A stretch of DNA of 64,000 bases from Candidatus Marinacidobacterales bacterium (GCA_965224085.1 CBDCYI010000011.1:832001-896000), one strand, 5' to 3'. Shown: positions 39,736 to 51,049, counted from the first letter of the stretch. Translations and numbers: made by a program. Notes: generated by a model not told the origin, from the letters alone.

Positions 39736-41841
39736 CTAGAGCGCGAAGTCCTTGAAGCTCTTGCCTTCCTTGGCGAGCTGCGTAAGAAGAGGCGCGGGCT
39801 TCATCCACTCACCTTGTTCGTCGTGGAGGCGCACCATAGTCTCGTGGATCTTGTCGATCCCCACCGTGTCCGCGTAGAACATTGGCCCGCCGCGATAGCG
39901 CGGAAAACCGTACCCGTAAATCCAAACGATGTCGATGTCGCCCGGCCGAAGTGCTACCCCCTCCTCGAGTATCTTCGCGCCCTCGTTGATGAGCGGGAAC
40001 ATGCAGCGCTCGACGATCTCCTCGTCGCTGATGGCGCGCCGCTCGAAGCCGAGCTCTTTCGAGACCTCGACAACGAGCGCTTCGATCTCTGGATCGGGGA
40101 TGGGGGTGCGGCTGCCTTCTTCGTAGCGGTACCAGCCCGCGCCTGTCTTCTGGCCGAAGCGCTCCATTTCGCAGATGCGGTCCGGGATGGGGGAGTAGCG
40201 CAGCTCTTTCGGCCGCGTTGGCGCTTGTCGTTTGCGGATGGCCCAGCCGATATCGAGCCCGGCGAGATCCGCCATCGCGAACGGACCCATCGGAAGGCCG
40301 AAATCGAAGAGCGCGCTATCGACTTGCCGCGGAAGAGCGCCTTCTTCGAGTAGGAAATCCGCTTGCCGGCGATAAGCGTAGAGCATGCGGTTGCCGACGA
40401 AGCCGTCGCATACACCGACGAGCACCCCGACTTTCCCGATCTTTTTCGAGAGCTTCATGACCGTTGCGATCGTCTTTTTCGATGTCTTCTCACCACGCAC
40501 GTTCTCCATCAGCTTCATGATGTTCGCGGGGCTGAAGAAATGCGTGCCGATGACGAGCTCCGGGCGCTTGGTCGCGTCGGCGATCTCGTTGACGTCGAGC
40601 GTGGACGTGTTCGTCGCGAGGATCGTGTCGTCTTTGCAGATTTCGTCGAGGCGGCGGAAGATATCTTTTTTGACGTCCATCTCTTCGAAGACCGCTTCGA
40701 CGACGAGGTCCGCGTCCGCGAGCTCCGAAGCTTCGAGCGTTCCGTGAAGACGCCCCACGCGTTCGTCCATGTCGTCTTGCGACAGCCGGCCTTTCGAGAC
40801 GCTCGATGCATAGAGCCCACGGATCTTCTCGAGGCCGCGCTCGAGGAACGCCTCGTTGCTCTCGAGAACGATCACGGGGAAGCCGGCATTCGCGAAGCTC
40901 ATCGCGATACCGCCTCCCATCGTGCCACAGCCGACGACACCGACACGGCCGATCTCTTGCGCCGGCGTGTCCTTCGGAACGTCGGGGATCTTAGCGATTG
41001 CGCGCTCGGCGAAAAAGACGTGCCGTTGCGCTTGCGCCTGTATCGAATTGACGAGGCCGATAAAGATCTCGCGCTCGCGCGCGAAACCTTCTTTGATCGG
41101 AAGCTCGACCGAAGCGCGCACCGCGTCGATGGCCGCGTACGGTGCTTTGAAGCCGCGCGCTTTCTTCGCGATGCTCTTTTTTACTCCGTCGAACAGAGCG
41201 TCGCCCGCTTCGACGGTCCCTTCGGAGGCCCGGCGGAAAGGCTTGTCTCCCGCGACGATGGCTCTCGCGTAGTCTTTGGCCGCGTCGACGACGTTGACGT
41301 TGACGTTGTCAGTGACGACTTGGTCCACGTAGCCGAGCTTCTCGGCTTTCGGTGCGGGCACGAGCTTCCCGGCGACGATGATGTCGAGCGCGGCGCCAAC
41401 GCCAATGAGCCGTGGCAAACGCTGCGTGCCGCCCGCGCCCGGGATGATGCCGAGCGTGACTTCCGGGAGGCCAAGGCGTGCGTCGACGGTGGCTACGCGT
41501 CCGTGACAGCCGAGCGCAAGCTCGAGCCCACCGCCAGCGGCGACACCTTGGATGGCGGCGACGATGGGTTTTGTGGAGGCTTCGAGCGCGTCGATGACGT
41601 CGGGAAGATGCGGCGTTTTCGGAGGCGGCTCTTTACCGAACTCCCGAATGTCGGCTCCCGCGCAAAAGAGCTTTCCTTTCCCCCCGACAACGATGGCCTT
41701 GACGCCGTCATCTTCTAGAGCTTTCGTGAGCTCTTCCGCGAGCGCCGTCCGCACGGCGGCCCCGAGCCCGTTCACGGGAGGGTTTTTAATCGACAGGACG
41801 CGAACGTAGCCGTCCTGAGTCACTTCGACCACGCTGCTCAT
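39736..41841 (-). CDS. enoyl-CoA hydratase / 3-hydroxyacyl-CoA dehydrogenase (FadB/FadJ-like)
   Basis: GADI, GGGLE, PGAGGTQRLPR, GCGTMG, ATNTS and HFFSPA motifs. Confidence 0.93.
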   Translation of the reverse strand: MSSVVEVTQDGYVRVLSIKNPPVNGLGAAVRTALAEELTKALEDDGVKAIVVGGKGKLFCAGADIREFGKEPPPKTPHLPDVIDALEASTKPIVAAIQGVAAGGGLELALGCHGRVATVDARLGLPEVTLGIIPGAGGTQRLPRLIGVGAALDIIVAGKLVPAPKAEKLGYVDQVVTDNVNVNVVDAAKDYARAIVAGDKPFRRASEGTVEAGDALFDGVKKSIAKKARGFKAPYAAIDAVRASVELPIKEGFAREREIFIGLVNSIQAQAQRHVFFAERAIAKIPDVPKDTPAQEIGRVGVVGCGTMGGGIAMSFANAGFPVIVLESNEAFLERGLEKIRGLYASSVSKGRLSQDDMDERVGRLHGTLEASELADADLVVEAVFEEMDVKKDIFRRLDEICKDDTILATNTSTLDVNEIADATKRPELVIGTHFFSPANIMKLMENVRGEKTSKKTIATVMKLSKKIGKVGVLVGVCDGFVGNRMLYAYRRQADFLLEEGALPRQVDSALFDFGLPMGPFAMADLAGLDIGWAIRKRQAPTRPKELRYSPIPDRICEMERFGQKTGAGWYRYEEGSRTPIPDPEIEALVVEVSKELGFERRAISDEEIVERCMFPLINEGAKILEEGVALRPGDIDIVWIYGYGFPRYRGGPMFYADTVGIDKIHETMVRLHDEQGEWMKPAPLLTQLAKEGKSFKDFAL

Positions 41842-41927
41842 GAGACCTCCACCTGATATTCTTTTGAAACCGCTGGACGAGGGCTTGCTACTTTAGCAGA
41901 GCTTGCCGAGGAACGTTAGAAGAAAAA

Positions 41928-42370
41928 TGACCGACCCCGTGCCGTACGACGCCTTCGCCGAGATCTACGACGCCTGGGCCGAGAGCGCTCCCATCACTCG
42001 CGAAAATCAGGAGTTCTACGTAAAGCGCCTCGTGGAAGCGGAAGGGCCCGCGGTCGAGCTCGGTGTCGGCAATGGCCGCATTTGCGTCGAAGCGGCCAAG
42101 CGGGGCAAAGCTGTCATCGGTGTCGACTCATCCGAGAAGATCCTCGACCTGTGCGAGTCACGCGCACGCAGCGCTGGCGTCATCGACCGCGTGACGCTCA
42201 TCAAGGGCGATTTTCGCGATTTCGAGCTTCCCGAGCCGGCTGCGCTCATCACGATCCCCTTCCACAGCATCGGTCATTTAATAAAGGAGGAGGACAAGCG
42301 CCGGGCGCTCGCGACCATCCCGCGGGCAGCTGCGGTCCGCCGGTTATTTCATCTTCGACCATTTCATCTT
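41928..42370 (+). pseudogene. truncated class I SAM methyltransferase
   Basis: VELGVGNGR, GVDSS and GDFRDF motifs; the sequence breaks down after ~42320. Confidence 0.75.
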
Positions 42371-42371
42371 T

Positions 42372-43425
42372 CACGCTGGCGTCCGGCGCCCCGGCGGCCG
42401 AGGACAAATGGTATCGCGATGCCGCGGCCAGCTATCTCGATGCGCGTGCTTCGCTTTGGATGGAGCGCTCGCGCCCTCGTCAAGAGCTGGAGCAAGCCTG
42501 CGTGTCCTGTCACACCGGGATGCCATATCTTCTTTCACGGGCTTCGATCGACGGCTCGCTGTCGGCGCCCGCACGCGAATTTTTTGCAGATGTAGAAGCG
42601 CGGGTCACGGGCTGGAAGGATGCCCGGGTGTGGTACGAGGCTTCTCGCGGTGCGGAGAAACCGGATCAATCGCGGGGGACGGAGTCGGTGCTCAATGCTT
42701 TGGTGCTCTCGTTTCGGGACAGCCGTGCGGGTGAGGCGTTCAGCAGTGAGGCGAAGTTGGCGCTCGAGCACATGTGGGCGGAGCAGAAGGACGACGGGAA
42801 GTGGTCGTGGCTTCATTTCGAGCTCGGGCCTTGGGAGGCGGATGGTAGCGAGTTCTGGGGCGCCTCTTTGGCGGCGGTGGCGGCCATGTCGGCGCGGGAC
42901 GCGGTCACGCCTCCGGCGGGTGAGCTCTCGCGGCTTCGCGGTTATCTTCGGGGCGGGCTCTCGGGTGATTTGATGCTTCACAACCGTCTTGCGCTTCTTT
43001 GGGCGGCGAGTACTTGGGATGGTCTCTTGTCGGAGGCCGAGTTGTCGGGGCTGGTGGGCGGCGTGGTCGAGCGGCAGCGCACCGACGGTGGGTTTCGGCT
43101 CGTGGATTTGGGGCCGTGGCCTTCGTCGGACGGTTCTGTGCCTCATCAAAAGAGCGACGGCTATGCGACCGCGTTTGCGACGTTCGTCTTGCAGCAGCTC
43201 GACGACGCGCGTTTGGCGGCGCCTGTCGCGCGTGGCGTGGCTTGGCTTCAGCTGAATCAGAAAGCCGACGGTCGTTGGGAGACGCTTTCTCCGAACAAAG
43301 ATCGGAGTGAGGAAGAAGACTTCACCCGGCTTTTGGCTTCCGATATTGCGACGGCGTTTGCGGTGCTCGCGCTCACTACGGCGGAGTCCGGTGCGGATCG
43401 TTCCACGGATTCTTCCGTCCCTTAA
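42372..43425 (+). pseudogene. prenyltransferase/squalene-cyclase-repeat protein with CxxCH, N-terminus missing
   Basis: AAASYLD, CVSCHT and QW-like repeats (QKDDGKW, QRTDGGF, QKADGRW). No proper start or RBS; it abuts the methyltransferase fragment. Confidence 0.65.
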
Positions 43426-43438
43426 TCACGGCGGGCTA

Positions 43439-44152
43439 TCAGCTGGAATGGAGCGCTCTCGCCAGCGCGGCGGCGAGGCATGCGCCCGCAAGAGGCCCGA
43501 GAACCGGGATCCACGCGTAGCCCCAGTCGCTGTCGCGCTTTCCGTGAATCGGCAGGAGCGCGTGCATCACTCGCGGCGCCAGATCGCGCGCCGGGTTGAT
43601 CGCATAACCCGTCGTACCGCCGAGCGATAGGCCGACGACGAGCACAACGATCGCGACGGGCAGAGCGTCCATCGCGCCGAGTCCCACGCCGGGGGCGGCC
43701 ATCATCAGCACGGCGAAGGCGAGTACGAAGGTCCCGACCGCTTCCGAGATGAAGTTGTCGAGCGCGCCACGGATCGCGGGGCAGGTACAAAATGTCGCGA
43801 GCGTCGCGTCGCTGTCTTCGGTGATCGCGTAGTGCTGCCGGTAAATGAGCCAGACGAGTGCTGCCCCGAGTGCGGCGCCGATCATTTGTGCCGTCCAGTA
43901 GAGCGGGACGTCCGTCCAGGCAAATTTTCCGGCCACGGCCAAGGCCAGAGTGACGGCGGGGTTGATATGTGCACCGCTTATGGGCGCGACGACGGCGACA
44001 GCGACGAACACGGACGCGCCCCAAGCGAGAGTGATGACGAGCCAGCCCGCGCCTTCGCCTTTCGTGCCTTTCAAGAGCACGTTGGCGACGACGCCGTTTC
44101 CGAGGAGGAGCAGGATTGCGGTTCCCACGATCTCAGCAGTGAACGTCGACAT
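43439..44152 (-). CDS. glpF: glycerol uptake facilitator (MIP family)
   Basis: SGAHINPA and INPARD motifs; lies downstream of glpD. Confidence 0.92.
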   Translation of the reverse strand: MSTFTAEIVGTAILLLLGNGVVANVLLKGTKGEGAGWLVITLAWGASVFVAVAVVAPISGAHINPAVTLALAVAGKFAWTDVPLYWTAQMIGAALGAALVWLIYRQHYAITEDSDATLATFCTCPAIRGALDNFISEAVGTFVLAFAVLMMAAPGVGLGAMDALPVAIVVLVVGLSLGGTTGYAINPARDLAPRVMHALLPIHGKRDSDWGYAWIPVLGPLAGACLAAALARALHSS

Positions 44153-44162
44153 GCAGGTCCTT

Positions 44163-45722
44163 TCAGCGGGGTAGGTAGCTTTTGGCGAGCTTCTCGAATG
44201 CGTGGACTTGGGCCTTCGCCCAGGCGTCGTCGCGGCCGAGCTCCTCGGCCATGAGTGCCGCCACACGTGCGGCCATCGCGATCGCGATTCTCGCATCGAG
44301 AAGGAGGCTGCGCGTTCGTCGGGAGAGAAAATCTTCCACGGTGCGGGCCATCTCTTCGCGAACGCAGAAGACGACCTCGCCCGCTTTGACGTTCGCCTCC
44401 GGGTGCAAGAGCTCGCCGTAGCGTGCGTCGCCGCGGATCAAATCGCGCACCAGCGGGGCGTCGGCGCCATAGCGTTCGAGCTCGCCGAACTTTGCGGCAT
44501 CTTGATGGTAGCCGTGTAGTCGCAACGTTTTGCTCACCGAAGGCTTTTCTTCGAGCGCAGCCATCGTCGCGGCTTGGTCGATCGTGTCCGCGGCCATTTT
44601 TCGATAGGTCGTCCATTTGCCGCCCGCGATTGTCACGAGGCCGGAGCGCGAGATGTGTAGCGTGTGGTCTCTCGAGATCTCCGCGGTGTTGCCGTCGGGG
44701 CTCGCGCCCACGAGCGGGCGGATGCCCGCGAACATACTGAGGATGTCGTCGCGCGTCGGGTCTTTCGTGAGATAGCGCGCGGTGTGTTTCAGCAGGAACT
44801 CGATCTCCTCCTTGAGCGGGCACGGTTCGTAGGAGACTTTGTCGAGCGCTGTGTCGGTGGTCCCGACGACGACGCGCTCGTGCCACGGGATCGCGAAGAG
44901 CACGCGACCATCATCCGTGTGCGGCACCATGATGGCGCTGTCGCCGGGGAGAAAGGCGCGCTCGAGAACGATGTGCACGCCTTGGCTCGGGCGGATGATG
45001 GCCGGCGTTTCGGGCTCGTCGAGCTTTCGCACGGCGTCGGTGAAGGGGCCGGTCGCGTTGACGACGACGCGGCCTTTCAGCTCGTTCTCTGAACCCGTCT
45101 CTTCGTCTCTCGTCACTACGCCGGTAATGACGTCGCCCGTCTTCGTGAGTGCTACGGCGGAAACGTAGTTCAACACGGTCGCGCCGAGCGACGCGGCGGT
45201 TGCGGCGAGATGGATGGCGAGGCGGGCGTCGTCGAACTGTCCGTCATAGTAGATCACGCCGCCCCGGAGCCCCTTGGTTTCGATCGTGGGGAGCCGCTCG
45301 AGGGTCTCGCTTTTCGAAAGGTTGCGCGACGCGCCGAAGCCGAGCTTGCCTGCGAGGAGGTCGTAGACACGGAGGCCGACGCCGTAAAACGGCGCTTCCC
45401 ACCAGTCGTAGTTGGGCACGACGAACGGGAGATCGTGTACGAGGTGGGGCGCATTCGCGAGCAGACGGCCGCGCTCCTTGAGCGCTTCGAGAACGAGCGA
45501 GACGTTGCCTTGCTGCAGGTAGCGCACGCCGCCATGGACGAGCTTTGTGCTGCGGCTCGAAGTGCCGCGGGCGAAGTCGCCCGCTTCGAGCAAGAGCGTG
45601 CGGTAGCCTCTCGATGCCGATTCGACCGCACAGCCGAGGCCGGTGGCGCCTCCGCCAATAATAATGATGTCCCAATCTTGGCGGGAGGTCTCGAGCCTCT
45701 CAAACATGTTTGCGCGGTCCAG
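44163..45722 (-). CDS. glpD: FAD-dependent glycerol-3-phosphate dehydrogenase
   Basis: IGGGATG, GTSSRSTKLVHGGVRYL, FDDARL and GGKWTTYR motifs. The start is CTG 45722 or ATG 45707, after AGGAGG. Confidence 0.92.
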   Translation of the reverse strand: MDRANMFERLETSRQDWDIIIIGGGATGLGCAVESASRGYRTLLLEAGDFARGTSSRSTKLVHGGVRYLQQGNVSLVLEALKERGRLLANAPHLVHDLPFVVPNYDWWEAPFYGVGLRVYDLLAGKLGFGASRNLSKSETLERLPTIETKGLRGGVIYYDGQFDDARLAIHLAATAASLGATVLNYVSAVALTKTGDVITGVVTRDEETGSENELKGRVVVNATGPFTDAVRKLDEPETPAIIRPSQGVHIVLERAFLPGDSAIMVPHTDDGRVLFAIPWHERVVVGTTDTALDKVSYEPCPLKEEIEFLLKHTARYLTKDPTRDDILSMFAGIRPLVGASPDGNTAEISRDHTLHISRSGLVTIAGGKWTTYRKMAADTIDQAATMAALEEKPSVSKTLRLHGYHQDAAKFGELERYGADAPLVRDLIRGDARYGELLHPEANVKAGEVVFCVREEMARTVEDFLSRRTRSLLLDARIAIAMAARVAALMAEELGRDDAWAKAQVHAFEKLAKSYLPR

Positions 45723-45774
45723 CTTTCGCCCTCCTGGTCTCTTCGAGACGGGCGATAGGATAACATCTCGCGTA

Positions 45775-46476
<702 letters not shown>

Positions 46477-46510
46477 TGACAAGGCCTGCCCATTAGAATA
46501 CCCTTCCCAC

Positions 46511-46652
46511 CGTCACACGAACGCGTGCGGCTCAACTATCGGGTCACTCGCTGAATACAATACCCTCCCCATAGGGAAATAGGCGAGATCCTGCATGCTA
46601 CCGCATGCGTTTCGTGTGACGACTGGCCCGGTGACCAATTCACCGGGCCAGT
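46511..46652 (+). ncRNA. putative structured leader RNA within IS1595
   Basis: 46511-46530 pairs with 46601-46621 (about 20 bp). A perfect 13-bp hairpin follows at 46622-46652. TTGACA-17-TACCCT lies upstream. Confidence 0.5.
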
Positions 46653-46676
46653 AATCCACGAAAGGACGCTTCGAGA

Positions 46677-47145
46677 ATGCTCATGCGGAGATCAGCATTG
46701 TTTCTACTTATAGGTGTATTGGCTGGCTGTGGCGATGAGGGCGATAGTACACCAACGTCCCCAGCGCCGGCACCAACCACAACTCGTCAACCAACGCCAA
46801 GGCCAGCGCCAGCACCCAGACGCCCAGCCGATATCAGCTTGGCCGGTGAATACGAATGCACTACTAAATTCTGCGACTCTGCCGTGTTCAGTCTTTCGTT
46901 GACGAACACGGGGGGCGTGGGAGCCAATTTGAACTTCATCCGAGGCGAGAATCGAAACTTCGAGCCAATATGGGAGTATGGCGCGGATCATTTTGTCAAT
47001 GCGTTCGGTAACAACAGGCTGGAGGCTTGGCAGCACTAAAAGCTTCACATTCAGCGCACAGCTGGGCTTCTACATCGCTATCGGATATACAGACGACCTC
47101 AGAAACAGAGGGATTGTGAGGTTCTACACCAATCCGCCGAGGTAG
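46677..47145 (+). pseudogene. passenger lipoprotein with a Pro/Thr linker and a +1 frameshift near 47028
   Basis: Lipobox VLAGC and PTSPAPAPTTT linker. Removing one T continues EAGSTKSFTF...IGYTDDLRNRG...PPR*. Confidence 0.65.
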
Positions 47146-47170
47146 TGATAGAGTAGAGCCTGAAAAGCAG

Positions 47171-47200
47171 AAGCCCCGGGGAATTACCCCCGGGGCTTTT
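47171..47200 (+). terminator. intrinsic terminator, possibly bidirectional
   Basis: AAGCCCCGGGG-aattac-CCCCGGGGCTTTT. Confidence 0.8.
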
Positions 47201-47242
47201 AAATCATCACCGCGTGACAGCGCGGAGACAGGGAGAACTTCT

Positions 47243-47596
47243 GTGCTGGATTATAATGCAGACGGTCTATCGGATCAAGACATTGAAAGGCTTGCGGCTC
47301 TGATGGCAAAAGACCCTAAGTTCGCGCATGAACTGGCAGACGCAATCGCGACGAGGCTCGACGAGAAGTACGGGTTCAGGCAAGGAGAGATAATCGACGA
47401 CATCGAAAAAGTGTCGGGTAAAATCGACGGGCTGTCGTCAAAGCTCGACGCGATGGGTCACCGGTTCAGCACCCTTGAGCACAATTTTGGAGTATTCGGT
47501 CAGAAGCTAGACCTCATTGGCCGTAGGACCGAGAAGATGGATAAGCGGCTCGAACGCGTAGAGGACCGGGTCGGTAACATCAAGGTGAAGCTATGA
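47243..47596 (+). CDS. passenger coiled-coil hypothetical protein
   Basis: 117 aa with C-terminal heptads (MDKRLERVEDRVGNI). Confidence 0.55.
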   Translation: MLDYNADGLSDQDIERLAALMAKDPKFAHELADAIATRLDEKYGFRQGEIIDDIEKVSGKIDGLSSKLDAMGHRFSTLEHNFGVFGQKLDLIGRRTEKMDKRLERVEDRVGNIKVKL

Positions 47597-47678
47597 GACC
47601 ACCGATGATCATCCCCGAGCGCGACCTGGCCGGCGCCACGCCGGAGAGATTGGCCCGCGCGTTGCTGAGTCCCTTACG

Positions 47679-49047
47679 GGATCTGTCCCGGGTTCCGTGG
47701 AAATAAGAATGGCGTAACCTCCGGTTAACCAAAATCAAAACCGCGCCTGAAAAGGCGAGGAGGAGGATTACGCCATGAAGAAGCCTACCACCATATCCAA
47801 GGAGTCTGTAAGCGAGTACCGGGAGTTCGTCCAGCTTCGGTTGCGCAAGCGGGTACTGGAGGCGATCGAGGTTGTGCTCGAGGAGGAAGTGGACCAAGCG
47901 CTGGGTTGTGTTAGCTACGAGCGTTCGGAAGGACGCCGTGGTTATCGCAACGGCGCCGAGACCCGCCGCGTGACGACATCGGTGGGAACACGCGAGCTGC
48001 GAGTGCCACGAGCCCGTGTGCGAGACGAGGAAACGGGAGAGACGACGGAGTTCAAAAGCGAGCTGTTGCCCCGGTACGCGCGCCGTACTCGTGAGGTCGA
48101 CGAGGTGATCTTGGGGACGTACTTGTCGGGCGCGAACAGCCGTCGGATCCGCAGGGCGCTGAAACCGCTGCTTGGTGAAGAGCACTTATCGAAAAGCGCG
48201 GTGTCTCGCGTAGTTAGCCGACTAAAAGAGCGCTTCGAAGAATGGCAGAGCCGTGACCTTAGCGATGAAGTCTACGCGATCGTTTACCTGGACGGCTTCC
48301 ACCTGAAGGTGCGGATGGCGAAGCGTGTGATCAGCGTGCCTGTGCTGGCAGCGCTCGGGGTCGCGCCAGACGGCCAGAAACGGCTGTTGTCGTTGCGTCT
48401 GGCAGTGAGCGAATCCTCGACGCATTGGGGCTCCGCGCTGGAAGGACTCCAGGCCCGAGGACTACGGGCTCCCAAGCTGGTGATCAGCGACGGCCACAAG
48501 GGGCTGACGAAGGCGCTCGAGAAGTGGCCGGAGTGCCGGTTGCAGCGATGTACCGAGCACAAGCGCGCCAACTTGCTCGAACATTGTCCGGCGCACGCAC
48601 GCCGTGAGCTCCGGCGTGACTACAACCGGATCGTCTACAGCAAAAACGGTATCGATGCTCGCAAAGCCTATGACAAGCTCGTCGCCAAGTGGACGCCTCT
48701 CGCGCCGGCCGTCGTCCGAAGCCTAGAGGAGGCCGGCAATCAGCTGCTGACCTTCTACGAATTCCCTCGTGCCATGTGGAAATCGATTCGCACGACCAAT
48801 GCTCTGGAGAATCTCAACCGCGAGTTTCGACGCCGGACGAAAACCCAAGCGTCGTTCTCCAGCGAGGAGTCCGCGGTCGCTTTGCTGTTTGGGCTTATCG
48901 CCTCTGGCCAGATTCAACTGCGACGCATCGACGGCTACCAACGTCTGAGCGAGGTTCTCGAACACGCGGAGGTTGCCGCTTGATCTGATACCCTGATGAC
49001 GGAGTCGAGGTGCGCTGTTCTTTTTCCACGGACCTCGGGACACATCC
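47679..49047 (+). mobile_element. IS256 family insertion sequence
   Basis: IRs GGATCTGTCCCGGGTTCCGTGGAAA / GGATGTGTCCCGAGGTCCGTGGAAA. Perfect 8-bp TSD CCCTTACG at 47671-78 and 49048-55. Confidence 0.95.
47775..48983 (+). CDS. IS256 family transposase
   Basis: GYRNG, YLDG, ISDG, QRC..H and TTNALENLNREFRRRTK motifs. Confidence 0.95.
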   Translation: MKKPTTISKESVSEYREFVQLRLRKRVLEAIEVVLEEEVDQALGCVSYERSEGRRGYRNGAETRRVTTSVGTRELRVPRARVRDEETGETTEFKSELLPRYARRTREVDEVILGTYLSGANSRRIRRALKPLLGEEHLSKSAVSRVVSRLKERFEEWQSRDLSDEVYAIVYLDGFHLKVRMAKRVISVPVLAALGVAPDGQKRLLSLRLAVSESSTHWGSALEGLQARGLRAPKLVISDGHKGLTKALEKWPECRLQRCTEHKRANLLEHCPAHARRELRRDYNRIVYSKNGIDARKAYDKLVAKWTPLAPAVVRSLEEAGNQLLTFYEFPRAMWKSIRTTNALENLNREFRRRTKTQASFSSEESAVALLFGLIASGQIQLRRIDGYQRLSEVLEHAEVAA

Positions 49048-49050
49048 CCC

Positions 49051-50030
49051 TTACGACCTCGCCATCGAACTGAGCCCGTTCTTGGCGACGAGGTCACGGT
49101 AGAGAAGTCGGTGTCCGACAAGCCGAGCGACGGTGTCGAGCATTTGGTCGAGAGTTCCTAGGTCGCGGATGTTGTGCTTCTCAGCGAACTCATTAACGTA
49201 GCGTTGTAAGTGCTTGGGGCTCATCTTGTGGAACGCCCCCTTGTGCGCCCGCTTGAGCATCGACCAGAAGCTCTCAATCCCGTTGGTGTGCACCATTCCG
49301 TTGACGTACTCTTTGACGCTGTGCTTCACCGTCTCGTGATTGGGTAGACCGACATAGCCTCTGTGGTCGTCGGTGTAGAGCTTCGCGCTAGGATCGACAT
49401 TCTTCGCGACGAAGCCTTGGAGCGTCGGTTGGTCGGTGTTGCCGATGACCTCGGCGCTGACACGGTTCGTCCGGCGGTCCTTCGCGCCGATGACGGCCGT
49501 CTTCCCTGCGGATCCTCGGCCCTTAATAGCCTGCTCGCGCTTGTGGGCGTGCTGCATGTTGCGAGCCTTCCCGCCGAAGAAGGTTTCGTCTACCTCGACA
49601 GGCCCGGCGAACGATTTGCCGTTAGGACCGCTCCACGCTTCTCGAATCCGATGGAGCATGAACCAAGCCGCGGCCTGTGAGACGCCGATGTCTCGGTGGA
49701 GCTTCATGCTCGAGACGCCTTTGAGACTAGTCAAGCAGAGGTAGATGGCGATAACCCATTTGCGGAGCGCGATCTTAGAATGGGCAATAGGGGTGCCCGT
49801 GCGAACGCTGAAGTAGCTCCGGCAGGTGGAGCACCAGTAGGGCATCGGCTTTTCGTTCGGGACTTCGCTGGTGCTGAGGCTACCGCAATGTCCGCAGCAC
49901 CGAGTGCCATGCCAGATTGCAGCCTCGAACCATTTGGTTGCCGCTTCATCGGTCGGGAACATGTCCATGAGCTGAACAACGGTTATGCCTTCCCGGTGCC
50001 CTCGCCCTGGGGAGTTGTATCGCGTCATCA
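49051..50030 (-). CDS. IS1595 family (ISXO2-like) transposase
   Basis: Zn ribbon CGHC..CSTC, VEVDET, YTDD, HTNGIESFW and HLQRYVNEF motifs. Confidence 0.92.
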
Positions 50031-50037
50031 TGATCGT

Positions 50038-50066
50038 AGAATACACGATCACGGGCGCCTTGTCAA
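50038..50066 (-). promoter_or_regulatory. sigma70-type promoter for the IS1595 transposase, with the -35 inside the TIR
   Basis: Minus strand TTGACA-aggcgcccgtgatcgtg (17 bp)-TATTCT. Confidence 0.7.
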
Positions 50067-50286
50067 GCGTTTCTTATAATTACCCAATCTATTATCGTGC
50101 CGCCTTGATTCAGTAAATCGCGCTGCCCGACAGATCTAATCTAGTTTCGGACGAGGCTGTGATGACAACAGTGTTCACGGCCGCTCGAACAAAGTCATCT
50201 TCGACCGGCGACAACTAGAGTGCCTGGGTTTTCGACACTCGGAAAATGTTCCAAACTACTGAAATGAAAAAAAGTTGGGCTGCGCT

Positions 50287-50862
50287 TTACTTCTCTCGTT
50301 CCAACACGGCGGTGAGCCCGCTGGCTTGCGCGATATCGACGAACTTGAATCCCTCTTCCTCAATCGGCACCAGCTCGCTCTCCATCGTGCCGGTCTTGTT
50401 CGTCCCGAGCACCCTATAGTCGCATCGTCTCGTCGACTCTTTTGAGCGCACCATGAAAACGACGATCTCGGGGGGACCGAAAACTCTGTCTCTCGACAGC
50501 ATCGTTCCAGGGATCATGCAGTAACCCGCCTCCGCAGCTTCGTTCATCTCTTTCTGAACCGTGTCGACCTTCGTCGTCCCGAGCACGCGATAGCCGAATT
50601 CCTCTCCCTTCGGAGCGTTCCGTCTCAATAAAACAACTTGGCCACCCCCGCGCGATGTTGTAGCCAGAATTCGGAATCCTTCGACGATCGCTTCGTCCAT
50701 CTCTTTTTGCAACGTCTCCGTCTTCGAAGTGGACAGTAGCAGGTAAAGTTGACCCGGCTTGATCTCGGCCATCGCTGCGGTATCGAGGAGGAAAACGGCA
50801 ACCAAGGTTGAAAAGAACCGGAGGCAGCATCGTCTGAATCGGTTCGTGCCGACGAGGTTCAT
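50287..50862 (-). CDS. secreted hypothetical protein with three internal repeats
   Basis: Signal peptide; repeats YLLLSTSKTETLQKEM, YRVLGTTKVDTVQKEM and YRVLGTNKTGTMESEL. Confidence 0.75.
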   Translation of the reverse strand: MNLVGTNRFRRCCLRFFSTLVAVFLLDTAAMAEIKPGQLYLLLSTSKTETLQKEMDEAIVEGFRILATTSRGGGQVVLLRRNAPKGEEFGYRVLGTTKVDTVQKEMNEAAEAGYCMIPGTMLSRDRVFGPPEIVVFMVRSKESTRRCDYRVLGTNKTGTMESELVPIEEEGFKFVDIAQASGLTAVLEREK

Positions 50863-51049
50863 AATCGATCTCCCATATTGATCTGAAATTGGACGATTCG
50901 GAGGTGTGTACCGCGTTGGAAGGCCGCAGTCTATATCGATTATACGAAAGGATCACACACTGTATCTCCGTAAATCACCCGTCACGGCTACGCGGCTACA
51001 GGGTGACCATCCATCCGCCGAGTCTTCGATGAGCTACGGAAACAGCTGA

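Noticed and set aside
40363-41718. Long antisense ORFs (also 28843-30264 and 36443-37786)
   Set aside because: They mirror real genes in GC-rich DNA and show no motifs of their own.
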